The notes beneath the pieces are model-generated. The model did no database searches. It was not told where the DNA came from and was given only the letters and a program-made list of their open reading frames with translations. A DNA stretch of 32,000 nt from Zygophlyctis sp. KS116 (lineage: Eukaryota > Fungi > Chytridiomycota): contig BAAFSQ010000056.1 in assembly GCA_054661495.1 (NCBI GenBank), positions 17,616-49,615 of the forward strand, given 5' to 3'. The position numbers were made by a program, and so were the translations under genes. Below are positions 1 through 11,116 of the stretch, in pieces. How positions within the stretch are numbered: the stretch's first letter is position 1; each line of letters begins with the position of its first letter.

Positions 1-1289
1 AAATTCAAAATATCAAAAAGCAAAAGACATTGCAGTAAAGCAAGGAGTCAAAGGTTGGATACGTAAGAACCCTAAATGGACCGACTTTAAGATCTGAAAG
101 AGATTTGTGCGATTAATGTAGAAATTAAATAAATAGACTCATTGACCTTATTTAAGTTGCAGCAAGAGAACAATTGAATTTACAGCAAAGAATTTTTCCG
201 AAAGTTTGTAAATCGTCTGAAAATGGAACTTGTCCCCGATGAAAACCTCACTTATCTGCAAGGCCCCTCTTATATTCTAGTAATTTTAGCAACTGCATTA
301 CTATCGTATCTATTGTTATTACTCTTTTGGACTATAAACTCTTTAAAACATAGAAATGCTTTAAAAAGAAACTTGTTACACCGGACATTAACAACGCTCT
401 TCATTCTAAATCTGATAATTCACGCCTTTGGCCTAGGAGTCATTGTATGGATAGAAACTCAAGATACCGATGATGTTTATATTTGGGGCATGACTGCACT
501 CGATGCATATGCTTTAATGAAACTATTTCTAATTACAAGTTTATTTATTGTTAAAGTATTAATATCTCGTGGATGGTGCATTACAAAAGAATCAGATTCA
601 TTAAATCAATTGGATCGACAATTACTATTTTTACAAACTTTGGGAATTGCTTTTGCTAACGTCCTTGCTACTAATTACATTAATAAAATAGCCGTGGTAA
701 TTTATTTAACTAATGCAAGATTTCTCTAGTTCTAATTTACTCTGTTATATTTCGTGTATTAATTATTTCTGTTGATCAGATTTGTAGATCTTTACGACTA
801 GAGATTGAAGGATTACATAATTCAATGATTAGCCGTAATATACCGGTAAATTATTTTATCTAATTTAAAGACTGTTTTAATAGATTCTATCAAATTCCGT
901 AAAAAGACACTAACAAGATTCAAATGGTGCCTAATAACCTATTATATACTTTTGGTAGTCTCTAGATCCTTGACATTCTTTCTGTCTCCAATTTGGATTT
1001 TGGGCTCAGAAAGTCTTTTGTACATTTTCAGCATTGGAACCTTGGCAATTTTATTTTCTAAAAGATCATCTCCAATCATCAAAGTCTCATCTATTCAAGG
1101 TCAGATACAATTCTCTGTTCAAGATGAAAATATAGAAACGCTTGGAGAATTATTAACAGCATCTGTAAATTTCCAATTGGTTTTTAATTTTAGGATGCAA
1201 ATCGACTCTTATCCATGTCCGATAAAAAATATTATGTAGTTCAAGACACTAATCATGATCTTGGTCTAGCAACTCTAAATTTCTTGTAA
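1..1289 (+). CDS. Multi-pass membrane protein, GOST/GPR180-TMEM145-like 7TM family (probably 5' partial, multi-exon)
   Basis: ORFs 223-729 and 952-1239 give successive hydrophobic helices with LISRGWCIT, resembling the GWxIT motif of GOST-family 7TM proteins. Short GT-AG introns join the pieces. The last exon reads DANRLLSM...LATLNFL* with the stop at 1287-1289. An open frame and GT-AG pairs upstream of 223 suggest the gene starts before the window. Confidence 0.5.
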
Positions 1290-1388
1290 ATTTCATATGG
1301 TGTCATATCAAAATATTTTTTTTCTAATGCAATCATGTATGTACATGGTTATAGTTTGCTGAGAGTAAGACAAGAATACGCGCTTTTC

Positions 1389-3083
1389 ATGAAATCCACC
1401 GTATTAGAAGAGAATCTGGACGATAATTACGAACCGACAACCTTGGAAATACATGAATATGCTAGATTTCTAGGAATGGATCCAGACGAAGATAAAGACT
1501 TGCTATGGATAGCCAAAGAGTCTCTTAAAGCTCCACTGCCAGAGAACTGGAAGCCTTGTCAGACTGACGAAGGAGACATTTATTACTTTAATTTTAAAAG
1601 TGGAGAGAGTTTGTGGGATCATCCTTGTGATAATCACTACAGAGAACTCTTTAAAAGAGAAAAGACTAAAAACACTAAAAATGAAACAATCCAAGAGTCT
1701 AAAGGAGTCACTAAAATCTCAAATTCTCCTCTTGCTCCAATAATCTCAAATAGGAATATTTCAAATGATTCTCAAAGGAAAACTGGAGAATCTCTTCCTG
1801 CTATTACTAGTCTTCAACTAAAGGATTTGAATCAAGAAGACAAGAAACTTGCAGGACTCCTTAAATTGAAATCAAATGCTAGTATTTCTGCACTTTCTCC
1901 AATTAAAGTTGGACAAGGAGAGGAGATGAATCAAGGAAATTTAGGAAGAGAGTTGGAAGAGGTTAAGCTGGAAAATTCACTAGAAATTCAAAAAATTAAA
2001 GATAAACATTTAGAGGCTAAAAGGGAATTAGAGCTGTTGCAGGAAAAGGAATTAAAGAGTCTCGAGAAAGATTTAGAAATGCGAAAACTAGAGATTAAAG
2101 AGAAATTAGGAAAAGAATATCTTGATTATGATTTAGAAAAGGAGAAAAATAAGCTGTTGGATAGTCAAGAATGTGAATTAAAGAGATTTGAAAGGGATTT
2201 GAAAGAAAAATTAGAGACTGAAAGAAAGAAACTGCTTTTAGAGTTTGAAAGAGAATTAGAGGAAAAACTGGAATTTGAAAAAAGAGAATTAAAAGAAAGA
2301 TTTGAGACAGAGAAGGAACTAGTATTAAAAGAAAAATTGGAGTCTGAAAGAAAAGACTATGAACTAGTATTAAAAGAAAAATTTGAAACAGAAAGAAAAG
2401 ACTATGAACGAGAATTAAAAGAAAAATTGGAGTCAGAAAAAAAGAAACTACTTTTAGATTATGAAAATGCAGTTCAGCATGAATCACATAAACTAAAAGA
2501 GGCTGAAATTCATGTCAGAAATACAATCAATGAATCTCCAAAGACCTCAATAACCGACACTTTAGAGTTTAAAAATCAACAATTTCCACAAACCAATAAT
2601 TTTGGTAAATGTAGATTTTTAATTTAACTAGACCAACTTCTTTACAATTGTAATCAGATTTTAGACAATCAGACAATACCATTTACAGATTTAACTGAAT
2701 TGTCACAAAAGAAAAGTGATGATGATGATTTTATAGCGCAACTAAAAATGAAATTATCTAATTATACTAGTTACGCTTCTAAATCTTTGGGTAACAATAC
2801 TTCAAAGTCTCCTAAAGATGCTGAAACTCAACAAGTTGAAAACAAAAATCACGCAACCAAGATATCCCTAATTGAAAGCAACGATTCGGCTATTTTAGAC
2901 TATCTAAAGAAAGTAAAGGAAAGAAACTTTTTAGATGCATCGACCTTATCTCGGTATGTGCAGTCGATTAACTTTAGTCATGTCTTACCCGATCAAATCA
3001 GGAAAAAGACTGCTTACATTTCCTCAAGATCAAAATGGATGGCTGAAATTCAACACCAAGAAGAATATTTAAGAAAGTTTTAA
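1389..3083 (+). CDS. CEP164: Centrosomal protein CEP164-like (N-terminal WW domain plus long coiled coil)
   Basis: VLEENLDDNYEPTTLEIHEYARFLGMDPDEDKDLLWIAKESLKAPLPENWKPCQTDEGDIYYFNFKSGESLWDHPCD matches the characteristic CEP164 N-terminus/WW region, followed by an E/K-rich coil. A 27-nt intron at 2605-2631 joins it to ORF 2700-3083. The start could be ATG 1335 instead of 1389. Confidence 0.85.
2180..2465 (+). repeat. Imperfect coding tandem repeats (11-15 aa units) in the CEP164 coiled coil
   Basis: ELVLKEKLESERKDY / ELVLKEKFETERKDY / ERELKEKLESEKKKL. The DNA unit gaactagtattaaaagaaaaatt...gaaagaaaagactat recurs at a 45-nt period. Confidence 0.75.
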
Positions 3084-6000
3084 TCCTTTTGATCTAAATG
3101 CTGTAAAACTTGTAACAGTCGATTTTGAGAATTTCCTACAGAAGAAGAGGTTGAATCAGTTGTTTTTGGGCTTGAACAAAACTCATTCCAAAAGCGATCT
3201 TCTGCATCTAATAAAGTATCATCAGAAATGTAAGAAGCAGAGACTAAGAGATTTTCTCCTTGTGCATTAGGCAGAGGCCGCTGATTAGCAGATGATAAAG
3301 AAGTCTTTGGTTTCATGTCCCTAAAGTCCCACATTCAGTTTGGGAGCGGAGATGGCAAAATGATCTAAACGCCTAAACAGAAAGTCAAGATTCAATTATA
3401 TAGAATTACTTAAAATTGTAATCGTAGCTGGGAATTCTAAATGAAATTGATATTTGGAATCTACAATCAATGGTTTCCCAGTCAGATTTTTTAATATGTA
3501 AAAACTTGACTTCTAAATATTATAGAAAATCAGTTACCAAGCACTTTTTTTTGAATGGAAAGTAAGAGTCTCGATATAGGATTCCTATAGAACCAGATCC
3601 ATCTTTGGCAGTAATACATTGAGAGAATTTCTTTATGCGTGTATTATCTTCATCATACACGATATCTAAAATTAAGATGTTACAATTACCTAAAACTTCA
3701 AAAATAACGTCTATGCAATTAAATGAATTAATCTCTGAAAAATATCCCATTTTTCTGGGAGAATACAAGGTTTGAATGTTTTGATCACAGGGAAAATCTA
3801 AAAAGGAATTGGTTCTGGCTGAAATATTTGTAATCCCCAACCTTTTTCCATCAGAGTTTACTTTATAAATCTAAAGTTAAATCGTTCAATTTACTTTAAA
3901 TCGGTTTCCTTCATGTACTTGATCAAGGAAATCATCTCCTGGATTCCATACTGTTAAATTTGCATACGATAATTGATTAATATCTAGATTAAATGGAGGA
4001 TAATCAGTCACTTTAAGTAATAAAAGTCTTGAAACTTTTCTTTTAGGGACAATTTCCTAATTTATTAATAGCAAATATTTACCTCTATTTCTTCACAGAG
4101 TTCTTTCTGAATTGTTTGTATGAAATCAGGAGAATATTTTTCATCATATCCTTTGGTTTTTATATCGGCCAACTTTTGAAACTCATTTTGGTATTTTCTC
4201 GTCCAAATATCTTGAGCTTGCTCGTTTTCTTCAATGATAAGAAATCGTTTCTGGCCGTCTGACAATATTTCAAAATAGCGAATCGGATAAATACGATGAA
4301 TTAAAATGTCTATACAGGGAATTTGACCTCCATCATTAACAATTTTTGATAGTCCAATTGTAAAACACGGAGAAGGTTGAAATCCTATTAGTTAAACAAC
4401 ATGAATTAGTACCTAGGCGGGTATGCCATCTCGCTCTTCTAGTTCCATTACAAGAAACAGATAACTGAGTTTGATCAGAAACGTCCAAAGGTGAGCAAGC
4501 TTCCAATTGTCCGACGACCTACTTATTACAATATATGAAGTTTACCGATGCCCCACATATATGAAGCTTCTGTCCCTGGAAAATTCTTTTTAATTTCACA
4601 AATTCTTGGAGCGGTTGATCAAGCTTCGCTTTTATTCTGTACCATCCATCAGACAAATATACAGATAAATCAAAAATTAACTTTTATAAAAAATGTACCT
4701 TTATCAATAAGCTGCACGTAGAGAACCAAATGTCTGCTGGGAACATCATCTTTCTCTAAAATACATTTGAGCGCCGATCTTTTTGGAATATTTACTTCAG
4801 TGTCATAACTTAGGATTAAAAAGTTCAATTCACTAACCGATAACGCAGTTGGCCTAATATGTGCTGTGAACTCCAATAAAGTTCCAAAAATCTCGGGAAA
4901 AATCTTACTGTACACGCTGTTTTGAAAATAATATAATGATAATGATTCTTGACCCAATTAATTGTTGCTAAAGATTCCAAAGCACCAAACTTAATCAATT
5001 CTTCACGATAAAGTTCCATTGTCCACTGAGTATTTTCATCTTTTTCAAAGCAGAAATCGAAATTATGCGTTAAAATTTTAAAAACAGAATCAGGCCTTTA
5101 ATTAGTCAACTTTGAGATGTACATAGAATTAGTATCAGGCATGTTTCTATTTAAATTTCCTAATGAACCAATATAAATCCTTTCGGGATTAGTTTTGAGT
5201 TCCACTAATTCATTTAATTTGGCGGGTTTTGTAACAATATTCGAGGGCTTTTTGATGGAGAGTAGAGATCTCCCAACATCCGATCGTTTAGTTGGTCTTG
5301 ATGGAGTTTTAAATCTTTGTGTGGAAGGCAATGCAAATTTTTGTTTAGATGAAAGTAGTGATGGTGTTTTGAATGCTCTCTTTTTATCGGCGCCATGCGG
5401 TTTTGAGATGTTATTTAAATAACTGTCGTTTGATTTCATTCCAATTGGATCTTTTCGACTATTATCTGGATTAACTGGAGTATTTTCGATTTTACTTGGC
5501 TTTCTTTCACTAAATAAATTATGCCTTGTTAAAAACCTTTCAGATATCAATTCATGGGATCTTTTTCGCGCTGTTTCAGATATGGCCGGTAAGGGGGTGC
5601 CTCTAGCGCTATTAAATCCCAAAGTCGGCTTTCCGGATGTTATTTGGTCACTGCTATATATTATATGACTGAAATTATCACCTGGATTCAAAAAGAAATG
5701 ACTGCGCCTTTATTCTGGCCGACTCTGATATTTCTGGGAGTGGAGTGCCTCTTGCACTGCTAAATCCAGACGAAAAAGTCACAGTAGGTTTTTTAGTTTC
5801 CGCTGCTGTGAATGCTTCATTGCTGATTGTTAATCTACTTAAATATTACTTTTCGCATGAAAGGATGGATTTTGCCCTTTCTCGGGCCACATCCGATATT
5901 TCTCGCAATTTCCCACCGCTAGCGCTCATGAAACCAATCTTTGAGCTTTTAACGTTTCCCGAATTTATATTTGGAGTAAATTTTGCATTTCTGGAAGTAA

Positions 6001-7159
6001 TTATATCAATTCAAATCTTACTCTACTAAAACGCTTGATCTACTAGATTCCTCCTGTTTGTCTTTATCCAATTGTGATATTTTCCCTTCACTATTATAAT
6101 CAATGTTGGATTCAAAAAGCTCTGATAATGGTTTTGGTTTCTCTTTATCAACAGATCCACCGCAAACCCCCACAAAAGCTGGATCTTCATTGGTGATTTC
6201 CTTATCATTATCATACTTTCTTATGAACTGACTCATTTGATCAACCTGATGCAGTACTGATTGACTAAATTCATTTTTTGAAGAAAAAAAATCTTGTGAA
6301 TCTAGTGGAATATTGACATTTTCGTCCGATTCTAAAACATTTTGGTTTGAATTATGAATTTGAGACATCATTTCACCAAATGTGATTTCTCTTTGGCTAT
6401 TTTTACTATTATATTCAGAATTTCCATCTTCAATCGGCTAAAAATTAATTACAAATATGTTACTTCTATATCTTGCTCTCCCCTTTCTGATACAGAGTTC
6501 GCACTCTCTTCAATTTCATCTACAATATCTTTAAGATCGTCCTCTATTTTTTTTGGATGGCGCTCATCATTTGCTTGAATTATTGTAGATCCAGGTCCAG
6601 TTCCCTTAGAACAATCATCCTTGCTAACCGTCGTTCTTCTCTCAACTGTTGGCTGCATAGTCTTTAAGAATCTAGACATTGACAATCTAGGAGTAGAATA
6701 TGAAGATAAATCTATCCTTTTACATGGAGATGTAGATACTAAATGGTCTAGACTGTCCAATGCAACATCGCGCGATCTAATAAATGATTTCTGGGTCGGC
6801 GTATCATTAGAACTAACAATATCAGAGTCGACAATTCTTCTTGTTTTAGGAGTATTATTCGATCTTTGATCAATGTCTGGAAAGTCTTCGCTTAAAAGCA
6901 TCGAGACTTCACAGGCATCAATCTCAAAGGATTCATTAGGATTCCTCTGTATTTTACTCTGATGTATGAATGATGGTGGAGTTTCAAAACTAAAGTCTGT
7001 TTTCCTTAACTCGTTGGCAATTTGATGTGGCGATTTAATATCGTCAAGCATTGGAGTTTCCAACAATTTATTCCATTGCACGATTGAAGTTTTTCTAATT
7101 GTGGACGCTGATGGGTCAGAACGAATATTGGCCAGTCGTGCAGGTGTATAATGGCTCAT
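3080..7159 (-). CDS. BRCA2: BRCA2/Brh2 homologous-recombination mediator (3 BRC repeats, helical + OB DNA-binding region), multi-exon
   Basis: Three BRC repeats: GFMSASGGKLREISDVARERAKSIL, GFSSARGTPLPEISESARIKAQSFL and GFNSARGTPLPAISETARKRSHELI. Helical/OB1 motifs WVKNHY, YDTEVNIPKRSALKCILEKDDVPSRHLVLYV and YLSDGWYRIKAKLD. ORF fragments 6449-7159, 6018-6371, 5098-5691, 4825-5019, 4670-4957, 4065-4265, 3520-3840 and 3080-3334 are exon pieces. The exact C-terminal exons are less certain. Confidence 0.88.
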
Positions 7160-7210
7160 AAACTAAAAGAATTATTATATGCTCCTACACCATCTCCAAT
7201 TGTTTCTATA

Positions 7211-8158
7211 TTAAGATAAGTCATTTATCCAATCAATAATGCTTGGTAAATAATCAAAGATCAAGAAATGTCCTCCATCTTCTACTTGAACCAGCGGACA
7301 ATTTATCTGCGAGGCTAAATATCTGCCCATACCAATAGTTGTAGCATTATCTTCCTTTCCGTGCCAAATCTGAATTTTGACTTTTAAATCCGATATAGGA
7401 AATCCCCAATTTTTACCCCATAGTGAATATTCATTAGCGATCGACTCAAATTGTCCACGCGAAATGAGCTCATACTCGCTCTTTAAAAAGAGTAAATGAA
7501 TTTCTGATTTTGAAATTACCAACTGATCACAAGTAGGAAAACTATATATCGAATCAGTGGAATCTGTAAATACTTGATCCAAGGTCCTATTTCCATCCCT
7601 ACGTGTTAGAAAACGAACCAAGTATGGGACAGCATAAACAGAGAACCATGCACACTTATTAGCAAAAGACATTCCTTGATAGCTAGATGGTTTATGTGGA
7701 GAAATAGATGATACAATAGCTAATTTATGAATCAGATGAGGACAATGATATGCCACAGCTAAAGCCCAAGGACCTCCAGCAGAATAAGCAACTATTGATA
7801 CATTTGATTTTACAACATTCAGAATGAATTCTTCAACATCTGATGCCCAGTCTATAAAATTCATTCTCTTTGATGATGATAGTCCAAATCCTGGCCTTTC
7901 CACAACAATCCATCTCAATCCTCTGATCTTATTGATTGCTGGCGGTATAAAGAGACGGCTCCCTGGGATTCCATGAAAGAATAAGACTGGAACAGTTTCA
8001 TCAATGCTATCGTCAGGATGAATGGTTTCTGAATATCCAATAGTGCATCCATCTTTAAGTGTATATGTCGATCCCTGTGTACAAGGGAATTCTATCGACT
8101 CTAGTTCCTCAAGTATTTTGTCTTTGGCCAATGACTCTTTGGAGCCATAGCTCCCCAT
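7211..8158 (-). CDS. Alpha/beta-fold hydrolase, intronless, predicted N-myristoylated
   Basis: Motifs FFHGIPGSR, ERPGFGLS, nucleophile elbow AYSAGGPWALA, WHGKED and catalytic His in GGHFL. The first ATG (8158) gives MGSYGSK, an MGxxxS myristoylation pattern. The ORF-track start at 8188 is a TTG. Confidence 0.85.
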   Translation of the reverse strand: MGSYGSKESLAKDKILEELESIEFPCTQGSTYTLKDGCTIGYSETIHPDDSIDETVPVLFFHGIPGSRLFIPPAINKIRGLRWIVVERPGFGLSSSKRMNFIDWASDVEEFILNVVKSNVSIVAYSAGGPWALAVAYHCPHLIHKLAIVSSISPHKPSSYQGMSFANKCAWFSVYAVPYLVRFLTRRDGNRTLDQVFTDSTDSIYSFPTCDQLVISKSEIHLLFLKSEYELISRGQFESIANEYSLWGKNWGFPISDLKVKIQIWHGKEDNATTIGMGRYLASQINCPLVQVEDGGHFLIFDYLPSIIDWINDLS

Positions 8159-8206
8159 AAATCCTAAAACTAAAAATTTAATGAACAAGTTTCGGACAAA
8201 TTATTT

Positions 8207-9542
8207 CTATTGATGCATAATCTCCTTTAATAGCGACTGTGAAGACTCTGTTAGGCCAAGAGGCTCAAGTTTAGAAATTATTTCCTGGTTTTTCTTGTGG
8301 CCATCTGTTAAATTACGAATCGCAAAAATTGAGCATTCTTTTACAAATGGATATTCATCTTGGATGTTGCAATGATCTAAAAGGATGCCCATTCCTCCCA
8401 AATCAGCAACTAAATCCTGATTTTTTCTACAACGATAGCTTAAGTTTCCAATTATTTTAATGCAATCACTCTTTATAAGTACAAAAGGACCGTTTGGTGT
8501 AGAAAACGACTTTGTTGGTGGAGTTTTGACTTTAATTAGGAATTCTATTTTTTACAGATAAAAAAATTACCTAAAATTGCCGGAATAATCAAACTCCCAA
8601 TTCTAATGTTTTCCTCTAAATCAAGTGTAACTATTGTTAAAACTTCAACAATATTTGGTAAAATCAAGGGGCAGTCAGTAATGCTTTTGATCCCATTAGA
8701 TTTTTCCATGAATAAGCAAACAATCCAATCAACTGTGCGTCTCAAAGTTGTCCACTTTATATCGCGAGAAGATGATAATCCAATAATCAAATAAAATAGA
8801 CTGGGATCTAGTCTTTGCACTTTATTTACCATATATGGGAGGTTATCACATTTTAAAATATTTTCCAATTGCGCCATTCTACATTATTATCATTAGATTA
8901 ATTACAAAACATTATCTAGATCATATTGAGAAGAGTCGGCTACGGTCTTTTCATAAAATATTTTGAGGTATTCCGAGTCTGAATCAATAAGAGTGTAAAG
9001 AGCTTCAGAGTTATTAATTGTACAATTTAAAAACCAAATACTCTATGTGCTGAAAAGCGTTTCGTCTTCAAAGAGTAATGATGCACTGTATAATCAATCA
9101 AAAAAATCCTACGTCATTATGAATGAACATTGTAAAATTTGCGGCCATACTTGTTCAACTACTCTTAAATTGTTAGTCATCATATTAGATAATGACTGCA
9201 GTGCCATATTTATAGCTGTCTTCCTCAAGTTGATATCAGAGCTTGACTCATCTAATATCCGCTCAATGGCCATTATGCCAACTTTTGGTAATATGTTTCT
9301 AAATGTAAAAAATAAAAAAAATACATTGCTGAATTCTGATAATGCATTCCCTTACTACAAATGTTTCTTGCACATTGAAAGTAATGTTTAATCTTTAATA
9401 ATTTTTCATCAGTCCTAAAATGATCAATCAGCACAAAGTGTTTTTCCCACTCATCCCAGAAAGAATAAGGTTCATATTGAAAATCATCTCTTAAAATAGT
9501 TGAAGCCAAAGTTGACGGATCATCAAATCTGATCTCTAGCAT
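8207..9542 (-). CDS. ATXN10: Ataxin-10 / Ctr86-like armadillo-repeat protein, multi-exon
   Basis: The C-terminal exon ...GGMGILLDHCNIQDEYPFVKECSIFAIRNLTDGHKKNQEIISKLEP is the ataxin-10 domain signature. The N-terminal exon MLEIRFDDP...HYFQCARNICS starts at ATG 9542. Confidence 0.8.
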
Positions 9543-9550
9543 AATAATTT

Positions 9551-10956
9551 TCAATTGTTCGCCTTTAATCCTTCTACCCTAGAGTCAACCCTTGAGTAAA
9601 ATTCTTGGGCATGACGATTCATTCTAGCCTGAACAGAAGGAGGATTCGCAAACCTAGGATCGGAATGATGAACAGGGAAGCAAGGATCTCCAAATTCTAG
9701 CTTTCGACTTTGCGCATAATCATTTTCGGTCTCTGGATCTTCACCATCTGGAAATTCCAACGAATCATAACTATCTACGATATAAGACGCATGAGATAAA
9801 TTTAAGTTAGAGTGCAGTAGTCTCGAAGATTCACTTAATTCATCATGTGAATCACGAGGGAAATCATTCCAAATATCTTCACGATATGATTTAGTTGAAA
9901 AAAGTGTCCCCTTAAACACATGATAAGCATCCTGAATGATATCTTTCACTCCCAAGACATCTTTAATTGCCCAATTCAATAATAATCTTGAAGATAGCCT
10001 GGAATCATCATAGTCTGTCCAAGGAAAAGCAAAAGCGTGATAAATTGCAAAAAATGGCATTTCAAGAGTAATTAGCAAATCCTGTATTGCCAAGGCCATA
10101 TTGTTTGTAGAATAAGATTCATTACCTCTAATAAATCCCAATTTGACTAAGAAGGCTACAGCCATTCCCTGCCAAAATGTCAAGAAAATAATCATTTTAA
10201 CACAGATAAACTTTGGAAGTGGTCTATATTTAGAATTTTTCTATGAAATCTGCCATACCTATATGGTTCTAAATCTTTCTTGCAAGTAACGTAAAATAAA
10301 ACCAAAGCATACATACAAATGCATATACTTAAATTATAAAATAAAGAAATCCACAGATAAGAGCTATCCCATGCAATATACCTAAATTGTTAAACTGAAT
10401 GAATTTACCCTTCAGAATAGCTATCTGTAAGTTTCAAAAGCATGATTAAAATCCCTAAAACAGGCTTAACAATCACAAATTGAATTATACTGGCACGAAC
10501 TGATAAAAATGTTGCAGGATCACCCATCTAATTTGTTAAAATCAATATCTTACAGCCAATGGTTTTAAAAAATAATTAAATGGCCATAAATGATGTATAC
10601 GAATCCTATTTTTCAAAAGCCGTAAGAGAGCCCTTTCTCCATTCAAATAATTAACCAACAACACAAAAAAAGAATACACAACAAATGCTTCATAGATATC
10701 ACGAACTGTGTCAATATAGTCCGATGCATTCTTGAAAAATAGAGAAATGAGTGTAGTTATCGTATAAATCGGAACCCTTACCGTCATGATGTCAAACTTA
10801 CATTAATAGAATCCTTATACTAGTTCTCTGCAGATCTGGGCGACGATAATTGTATAAATGCAGCATAATAGTATGTATCGATATGAGTACTGCCAAAAGT
10901 GCGCTTAATACGGAAACATAGGAAAAGGCTATGCCAAGTTTATTGATTCCTTCCAT
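9551..10956 (-). CDS. TMEM184 / OST-alpha (organic solute transporter) family membrane protein
   Basis: Motifs HLYNYRRPDLQR..IRIL, VPIY, VRDIYEAFVVYSFF, KFICVKMIIFLTFWQG and IQDLLITLEMPFFAIYHAFAFPW. ATG at 10956 (MEGINKLG). Several short introns. Confidence 0.88.
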
Positions 10957-11006
10957 GGTCAGTCAACCATAAGCCTACACATGCTTGTTTATCTGCTTCT
11001 TTTCGT

Positions 11007-11105
11007 CTTGGGTGCTGATGGTGCTGCTGATGGTGGGAACCTGAGTGAGGCTTATGACGCCATGAATCCAAATGCCAAGCCATTCAGCACATCAGCATTT
11101 ACAAG
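11007..11105. repeat. Imperfect inverted repeat / predicted hairpin between TMEM184 and PHI-1 copy 1
   Basis: Left arm GTGCTGATGGTGCTGCTGATGG (11012-11033) pairs with right arm CCATTCAGCACATCAGCAT (11080-11098), extendable by CTTG/CAAG. Confidence 0.55.
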
Positions 11106-11116
11106 GGTCAGACATT

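Noticed and set aside
2095-2487. Hydrophobic repeat-rich antisense ORF (130 aa)
   Set aside because: Mirror of the GAA/AAA-rich CEP164 coiled-coil repeats. The same applies to other antisense ORFs (5195, 5745, 6621, 8606, 9047, 25262, 26763, 27994, 29234, 29724).
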